Shown: piece by piece, positions 58,154 to 64,000 of the stretch
Layout of the letters: each line of letters starts with the position of its first letter
How positions within the stretch are numbered: the stretch's first letter is position 1
DNA from: an uncultured Nitrososphaerota archaeon
GTDB taxonomy: Archaea; Thermoproteota; Nitrososphaeria; Nitrososphaerales; Gagatemarchaeaceae
Assembly (NCBI GenBank): GCA_963838925.1
Contig: CAWISW010000002.1
Location: 1 to 64,000, forward strand
Direction: 5' to 3'
DNA length: 64,000 bases
Made by a program: the position numbers and the translations under genes
Notes under the pieces: generated by a model
Seen by the model: the letters and a program-made list of their open reading frames with translations, nothing else
What the model was told of the DNA's origin: nothing
Databases searched by the model: none

Positions 58154-59263
58154 TCACTTCCTCCACCATCCGTAGTCCTTGGGAACCTTCCCCGTGGTCA
58201 CCTCAGCTCGACCGCTCTTCCCTATCGCGACATCGTCCTCTATCCTGACGCCTAGCTTTCCGGGGATGTACGCCCCCGGCTCTACGGTGAAGACCATCCC
58301 TGCCCTCAGCAGTTCGCGGCCACCCGCCACGATGTAGGGGGCCTCGTGAACCTCGAGCCCGAGCCCGTGCCCGGTCCTGTGGATGAAGTACTTGGAGAGG
58401 CCGTCCCTCCTCAGAGAAATGCGGGCGGCCGCGTCGACCTTCCCCGTCGCCACACCGGCCCCCGCCATGTCGATCGCTTTCTGCTGCGCCGACAACACGC
58501 TCTCGTATGTCCTTTCGACCTGGCCGTTCCCGCCTAGCACGAACGTTCTCGTGATGTCCGCCGCGTAGCCAGCATGATAGCTGACGACGTCCACGACCAC
58601 TCCCTCCCCGCGTCTTATCTTCTTGGTGGACGTCACCGAGTGGGGGTCCGCGGCCCGCGCACCTGACTGGACCATCGGGTCGACCTCGTCTGCCCCGCTC
58701 GCAAGCGCGTGCTCGCGTATGAGAAGCGCGAGCTCTCTCTCAGCCATCCCCTCACGGAGAGCCTCAGGCACCTTCAGGATGGCCTCTGAAAGGACCGCAG
58801 CCGACCTTCTGAGCAGTTTGAGCTCTTCAGGCTCCTTGACCTCTCTGACCGACTGGAGGACGTCGTCGGCGGGCCTGACCTTCATGCCCTTGCTGAGTAG
58901 ATGGTCCAAGAACCCGAACGGGACCCTACCATCGCAGCCCCACGTGCCTTTCGCACTGATTCCCTCGAGGAGCTCCTTGAAGGCTCCCGACGGCCCTCGG
59001 CTGTCGTCCCAAGCGTGGATCTTGAGAGGGATGGACTCTCCGAAAGGACCGGCCTCGAGCTTGGGCGCGAGGAGGTGCGCGTCCCCGTCGCTCCGGATGA
59101 GGAGGAGGAAGGGCCGCTCGAAGAGGTGCGCCCAGACTCCTGTGTAATAGGTGAGATTGGGCCCTGGGGCCATTATCGCTCCCTCGAGGCCGGCCGACCG
59201 GAGCTCCTTGGTGAGCCTTCCGGCCCGCCGCTTCAAATCTGAGACTTCTGGTGCGGGAGCCAA
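58154..59263 (-). CDS. Xaa-Pro aminopeptidase (M24B)
   Basis: DITRT, HRTGHGLGLEVHE, EPG, GVRIEDD. Confidence 0.93.
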   Translation of the reverse strand: MAPAPEVSDLKRRAGRLTKELRSAGLEGAIMAPGPNLTYYTGVWAHLFERPFLLLIRSDGDAHLLAPKLEAGPFGESIPLKIHAWDDSRGPSGAFKELLEGISAKGTWGCDGRVPFGFLDHLLSKGMKVRPADDVLQSVREVKEPEELKLLRRSAAVLSEAILKVPEALREGMAERELALLIREHALASGADEVDPMVQSGARAADPHSVTSTKKIRRGEGVVVDVVSYHAGYAADITRTFVLGGNGQVERTYESVLSAQQKAIDMAGAGVATGKVDAAARISLRRDGLSKYFIHRTGHGLGLEVHEAPYIVAGGRELLRAGMVFTVEPGAYIPGKLGVRIEDDVAIGKSGRAEVTTGKVPKDYGWWRK

Positions 59264-59324
59264 CTCGACCTGACGAGGTTCCCTGCTTATATCTCACGAT
59301 AAAAACGGTTGGCTCGCTCGAGCT

Positions 59325-60173
59325 TTGGGAATCCTGCAAGACATGATGTACGGCGCGGCCAAGCGCTGGATAGCGGGCAAGGACAGGGAGACGGCGCTCG
59401 CGAAAGCCAAGGAGGCCAACGCGAAGGGCCTCGGGACCATCATGAACTACCTGGGAGAGGACGTGAAGGATCCTCGGGTCGCCGACTCTAACTTCGAGGA
59501 GTACCTCAAGCTCCAGCGGGCCGTCCGAGATTCGGGCATCGACGGCTGCGTATCGGTCAAGCTCACGCAGTTTGGCCTTGGCGTCCTCGATGACTCCGCC
59601 GTCTTGGAGAAGGTCGGGAGACTCGTGGAGGAGGCCGAAGGGATGAAGCGCATGCTGTGGATCGACATGGAGGGCTCTGCAGTGACGACGCGGACCCTGC
59701 AGATCTACTCGAAGCTGCTCGAGGCCCACGGGAACGTGGGCGTCGCGCTCCAGTCATACCTCAGGCGCAGCGAGGACGACCTGAGGAACCTGATGGAAAT
59801 CGGCGGGAAGGTCCGGCTGGTGAAGGGGGCCTACAGGGAGCCCTCAGACATCGTCTTCCATTCGCGCGAGCAGATCACCGAGAACTTCCTGAAGTTGATG
59901 AGGACTCTCTTCGAAAAAGGACAGGGCTTCGCCATCGCGACGCATGACTCGAGGCCCATCGAGGAGGCGGAAAAGCTCCACGAGTCGAGCCCCGGCGCGA
60001 AGTTCGAGTTCGAGATGCTGAAGGGAATCAGGGACGACCTGAAGCTCAGGCTGGCGAAGGCCGGTTACCGGGTGGTCGACTACATGCCCTACGGCGAGGA
60101 GTGGTATGCCTACTCGATGCGGAGGATAAAGGAGCATCCCAGCAACATCTGGCTTCTCCTGCGCTCATTGTGA
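59325..60173 (+). CDS. monofunctional proline dehydrogenase
   Basis: SVKLTQ, IDME, RLVKGAY, IATHD, YSMRRIKE. Confidence 0.92.
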   Translation: MGILQDMMYGAAKRWIAGKDRETALAKAKEANAKGLGTIMNYLGEDVKDPRVADSNFEEYLKLQRAVRDSGIDGCVSVKLTQFGLGVLDDSAVLEKVGRLVEEAEGMKRMLWIDMEGSAVTTRTLQIYSKLLEAHGNVGVALQSYLRRSEDDLRNLMEIGGKVRLVKGAYREPSDIVFHSREQITENFLKLMRTLFEKGQGFAIATHDSRPIEEAEKLHESSPGAKFEFEMLKGIRDDLKLRLAKAGYRVVDYMPYGEEWYAYSMRRIKEHPSNIWLLLRSL

Positions 60174-60257
60174 CGACAACACTCTCGGTTCAGCCAATCT
60201 TAATAAGACCGACCGGCAACAAATCGACAAGGAAGAACCTAGCCGGAGAGAGCGAAA

Positions 60258-60710
60258 TTGGCCTTAGACCCCCTGGAGCTCGCAACCATAGCCGCAATCG
60301 TTGTCGTCTTCTTCTTGTGGGGGCCGCAGAAGATCCCCGAGCTGGCAAGGATGGTCGCACAGGCTCGCAGGGAGTTCGACAGAGCATCAAAGGAGTTCCA
60401 GAACGTAGCAGTCGGCCTCCAGAACGGCACCAGCCCTCTCCTGGCGACGTCAACTCCCGCCAAGCCGGCCGCCGCCCTCCCGCAACCCCCTCTGCAGGAG
60501 GCGAAGTCCGCCTTCCCACAGCAGCCCGCCCCAGCGCAGGGGGCGAAGACAGGCGACGAGCTCCTCATCGAGGCTGCCAGGAGGCTCGGCATTCCGACCC
60601 AAGGAAAGACGAGGGAGCAGATCCAGCAGGACATAATCTCCATGGCGCAGCGCCCCCCGGCCGCCGGAGGGTCGCCCCCGCCGTCGACAGCCGGCGATCC
60701 AGCAGCCTAG
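60258..60710 (+). CDS. tatA: TatA/E family translocase subunit
   Basis: TM followed by WGPQKIPELAR..REF. Confidence 0.85.
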   Translation: MALDPLELATIAAIVVVFFLWGPQKIPELARMVAQARREFDRASKEFQNVAVGLQNGTSPLLATSTPAKPAAALPQPPLQEAKSAFPQQPAPAQGAKTGDELLIEAARRLGIPTQGKTREQIQQDIISMAQRPPAAGGSPPPSTAGDPAA

Positions 60711-60792
60711 TTTGGTTGAAGTAGTTAGCATCATCTGCTCAAGTAAGATAGACCCGGATTCCAAAATATCGAGCCATCGATATCATGCTGAC

Positions 60793-60960
60793 ATGAGCAC
60801 CTACACGACAGGACAGACATGGGGAGCCCTTCGGAAGGCCTGGAAGGCATACAAGATCGCAAAGGTCCAGCACGACAATGCCAAGATGAAGGAGTACTCT
60901 GAGAGGATACGCACCCTCCAGACTCAGCTTGGCGTTCCGCAGTCCACCTTCGTAATCTAG
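60793..60960 (+). CDS. small hypothetical protein
   Basis: 55 aa, GQTWGALRKAWKAYKIAK amphipathic helix. Confidence 0.65.
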   Translation: MSTYTTGQTWGALRKAWKAYKIAKVQHDNAKMKEYSERIRTLQTQLGVPQSTFVI

Positions 60961-60979
60961 GCTTCTAACAGAGGGCAAC

Positions 60980-61012
60980 CCCCTCTCTTTCTTTTTTTGA
61001 AGAGGAGAGGGG
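60980..61012. terminator. hairpin with T-rich loop between convergent genes
   Basis: cccctctc...gagagggg inverted repeat around ctttttttg. Confidence 0.5.
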
Positions 61013-61023
61013 AAAAGGGCAGT

Positions 61024-61701
61024 TCAGAGTTCTTTTTCCAGTTCCGCGAGTATCGCGCGCACCCAGGCGTCTCCCATGTTGAGTCCCCTGAATGTGTCGC
61101 GCAGGCTCTTCTCGTTCTCGTCCACGAGCTGGTTCAAGACTCCCCCCTCCGCGTATCCTCCCGTGGACTTTCCTCCCACCGCCCTCGACACCTCCCTCAT
61201 CGCGAGGTTCCTCAGGTAGAGGAGCACCGACCTCTCGTCCTCGAGGCTCGTGAGCTTGGCGTCTATCTCCTTGATCAGCGACGCGAGCGGGCGGAGCTTC
61301 CTGTTCTCTTCGGGCCGTTGCATGACCTCCGCGAGCATCCTGAAGACCTCGCCGGAGGAGCTGGGGAGGTCGAGCTCGGGCAGCGGGTCGAACTCCACCA
61401 CCCTCGCCCTGAAGAGATTCGGGGCAAAGTCTATCGTCAGCGAGATGCTTCTGTTGAGGAGGTACTCCTTCCTCTTCGGGCCGTGGGGGCTCGCCTCCAT
61501 CTGGGACGAGACCACCCCTGTGTCCTCCATCGCGTCCAGGTGCTTCGCGACGAGCTGCTGGCTGAAGCCCAGCTCCTTCGAGATGCGAAGCTGGTAGCTG
61601 GGTTCCTTGCTAAGCTGCTTGATTATCTTGCGCCTCACCGGGTTCTCGACCGTCAGCAAGACGGAGTCGATGCCAGTGTCGTCCTCCTCTATCTTTGTCA
61701 T
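61024..61701 (-). CDS. ArsR-family regulator resembling archaeal heat-shock repressor Phr/HSR1
   Basis: ENPVRRKII..ISKELGFSQQLVAKHL..GPKRKEY..IDFAPNLF plus C-terminal coiled coil. Confidence 0.75.
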   Translation of the reverse strand: MTKIEEDDTGIDSVLLTVENPVRRKIIKQLSKEPSYQLRISKELGFSQQLVAKHLDAMEDTGVVSSQMEASPHGPKRKEYLLNRSISLTIDFAPNLFRARVVEFDPLPELDLPSSSGEVFRMLAEVMQRPEENRKLRPLASLIKEIDAKLTSLEDERSVLLYLRNLAMREVSRAVGGKSTGGYAEGGVLNQLVDENEKSLRDTFRGLNMGDAWVRAILAELEKEL

Positions 61702-61868
61702 TTGCCTATTGTTCCCGCAATCCTGTCCCTTTGCCTTTGCTGGGGGGCAAGCTATGCGTTCGTATTTACCCTCTCGTGCGTATAAAGCCTTCCATCGAGA
61801 GAGCCGCCATTCCCTCAACCTAGTATAGCAATAAATACTGAGGTCAGAGCTTCGGGCCATAACCTAGT

Positions 61869-63230
61869 TTGAGCTCGGCCGACCTGGTTATCAAGAACGG
61901 AAGGGTCGCCGTCTCATCATCGCTGAAGCCCTGCGCGATAGCCTCGAAGGGCGGGAAGGTCACTTGGATCGGCTCGAACTCCAACGCCCCGCGGGCGCAG
62001 GAGGTCATCGACGCCTCGGGCCTCATAGTCCTCCCGGGCGTCATCGACGTGCACGTGCACCTGCGAGACCCCGGCGCGACCTACAAGGAGGACTTCCGGA
62101 GCGGCACGGCCGCTGCCGCCGCAGGAGGGGTCACCACCGTCTTCGACATGCCGAACGGCAATCCTCCCACCAAGGACGTAGAGTCGTTCAGGATGAAGGT
62201 AAAGGCTGCAGAAGGCAAGGCCTTGGTCGACTACGCCCTCTACGGGCTCATCACGATGGGGAACTCCAGCGAGCTGCTGCCGCTGGCGGATGCCGGAGCA
62301 ATCGGCTTCAAGTGCTACATGGCGGAGACCACCGGCAGGGTCGCGCCTCCGTCAGACGGCGAGCTGCTGGACGACCTCGGGCTTGTCGGCAAGGCCGGGA
62401 TGCGGGTAGCGGTCCACGCGGAGGACGACTCCATCCTCCAATACCGAATCGCGAAGCTGAGGGCGGCGGGTAGGACGGACGCGCTTGCTCACCTGGAGTC
62501 CCGCCCCGCGATAGCCGAGGAGGAGGCCGTCCACAGGGCACTGATTCTCGCGAGGGAGGCAGGCTGCAACTTGCACGTCTCCCACCTCAGCAGCGAAGCC
62601 GGGGCGACGGAGGTGAGAGAGGCGAAGCGCTCTCGAAGGCGACGCGAAGGGAGCGTCACAGCGGAGACCTGTCCGCAATACTTGCTGCTCAGCAAGGAAG
62701 ACTACGCGGAGAAGGGCTCGATGATGAAATCCAACCCGTCGGTGAAGACGAAGGAGGACAGGCTAGCCCTCTGGAGGGCGGTGAGGGACGGTACTGTCGA
62801 CATGGTCGCAACCGACCACGCCCCCCACTCCGTACAAGAGAAGATCTCGGCAGCGTCGATATTCGACCGTGCCTCAGGCTTCCCCGGGCTCGAGACTTCG
62901 GTCGCCCTCATGCTCACCTGCGTGAACCGGGGCCTCCTCCCGCTCTCGAGGTACGTCCAGCTCTCCTCCGAAGGACCCGCCAAGGCGTGGGGGCTGCACC
63001 CGAAGAAGGGGCGGATTGCGGTCGGCGCGGACGCCGACTTTACGATCGTCGACACGAAGCTCGAGTGGACGATCGACCCGGCGAGGTTCCATAGCAAGGC
63101 GAAGTACAGCCCCTTCGAGGGGTTCAAGGCCAAGGGGGCGGCGGTCTACACGGTGGTCAGGGGTGTGCCTGTGATGGACCACGGCGAGATCGACAAGGGC
63201 TGCAGAGGGGAGATGCAGACGCCGCTTTGA
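61869..63230 (+). CDS. dihydroorotase/allantoinase-family cyclic amidohydrolase
   Basis: DVHVHLRDPG, DMPN, HAED, TDHAPH; adjacent to pyrD. Confidence 0.9.
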   Translation: MSSADLVIKNGRVAVSSSLKPCAIASKGGKVTWIGSNSNAPRAQEVIDASGLIVLPGVIDVHVHLRDPGATYKEDFRSGTAAAAAGGVTTVFDMPNGNPPTKDVESFRMKVKAAEGKALVDYALYGLITMGNSSELLPLADAGAIGFKCYMAETTGRVAPPSDGELLDDLGLVGKAGMRVAVHAEDDSILQYRIAKLRAAGRTDALAHLESRPAIAEEEAVHRALILAREAGCNLHVSHLSSEAGATEVREAKRSRRRREGSVTAETCPQYLLLSKEDYAEKGSMMKSNPSVKTKEDRLALWRAVRDGTVDMVATDHAPHSVQEKISAASIFDRASGFPGLETSVALMLTCVNRGLLPLSRYVQLSSEGPAKAWGLHPKKGRIAVGADADFTIVDTKLEWTIDPARFHSKAKYSPFEGFKAKGAAVYTVVRGVPVMDHGEIDKGCRGEMQTPL

Positions 63231-63274
63231 CCGTCCCCCACCCGCCCCCAAGTCGGGAGAGGTGGCGGACGTAG

Positions 63275-64000
63275 ATGGACGCCTACAGGGTCGCCAGCCC
63301 CCTTCTCTTCGCCCTCGACCCTGAGAGGGCGCACAACCTCGGGCTCAGCCTCATGAGGTTCGCGTCCAAGATATCGGTCGACCCGATGCCAGTCAAGACA
63401 GCGCTCGGGGAGCTCTCCAACCCGCTTGGGATGCCCGCTGGCTACGACAAGACAGGGACGCACCTCCACAGCCTCGCCAGGCTCGGCTTCGGTTACATCG
63501 TCGCAGGGACGTTCACCCTCTCGCCTTGGCCCGGAAACCCGAAGCCGAGGGTCGCAAGGAACCGGAACGACAAGACCCTCGTGAACGCCCTCGGGTTCCC
63601 GAACCCTGGAGTGGACTCGTTCGTCCTCAGCCTGAGGTCGAGGAAGCCCCCCGAGGTCCCGCTTGTCGCGAGCATCAGCGGAAAGACCGTCGAGGATGTC
63701 CTCGAGTGCTACAACAAGGTCCAGGAGCACGTCGCAGGGGTCGAGCTCAACCTCAGCTCCCCCAACACCCCGGACCTCAAGGACCTCAGGGCGCCTGAAG
63801 CCTTCGCCGAGCTCGCCCAGGCGATGAGGGACAAGAAGCTCAAGCCGACGTACCTCAAGACGCCTCCCTTCGTAGACGATTCCCAGTACCTCGGGGTCAT
63901 GAAGCTCATCAAGAGCTGGGAGTCGTTGGGCTTCGAGGGAGTGACCGCCTCGAACTCCATCCCAATCGAGGACGCTCGGATGGCCGTCGGCAGGGGCGGC
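63275..64000 (+). CDS. pyrD: dihydroorotate dehydrogenase (class 2-like), runs off the window
   Basis: LDPERAH, NPLGMPAGYDK, GNPKPR, NLSSPNTP; absent from the ORF track because it has no stop in the window. Confidence 0.88.
   Translation, partial: MDAYRVASPLLFALDPERAHNLGLSLMRFASKISVDPMPVKTALGELSNPLGMPAGYDKTGTHLHSLARLGFGYIVAGTFTLSPWPGNPKPRVARNRNDKTLVNALGFPNPGVDSFVLSLRSRKPPEVPLVASISGKTVEDVLECYNKVQEHVAGVELNLSSPNTPDLKDLRAPEAFAELAQAMRDKKLKPTYLKTPPFVDDSQYLGVMKLIKSWESLGFEGVTASNSIPIEDARMAVGRGG

Overview
High-GC archaeal chromosome segment. The gene set (thermosome, PEF-type sorting tail, intron-containing tRNA, type-1 IDI, HMG-CoA synthase, DUF6659-like protein) fits best with a Nitrososphaerota (Thaumarchaeota) lineage, probably non-ammonia-oxidising; this assignment is an inference. 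The main signal is in the first ~9 kb: seven direct, same-orientation copies of the 3' end of one protein-coding gene. They translate to ...[20 protein letters not shown]...EQGEEVHIQPITGT*, which I recognise as the C-terminus of the radical-SAM tetraether lipid synthase (Tes) family. All copies end at or beside the stop codon, have ragged 5' ends (about 39-264 bp) and differ largely at synonymous sites. Unrelated cargo lies between them: wHTH regulators, a G1 peptidase-like protein, an NTF2-like protein, endonuclease V, and membrane or orphan proteins. This looks like an additive, integron-like cassette array anchored on a core lipid gene, with no integrase in the window. The rest of the window contains a Tat-exported PaoABC-like molybdoenzyme cluster, a TusA/YeeE sulfur-handling cluster, many housekeeping genes, a thermosome gene with an HSR1-like operator palindrome, a two-intron tRNA-Leu(UAA) flanked by an interrupted LAGLIDADG gene and a small island, polX, and pyrC/pyrD-like genes. 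Product calls come from motif recognition only; no database searches were run.
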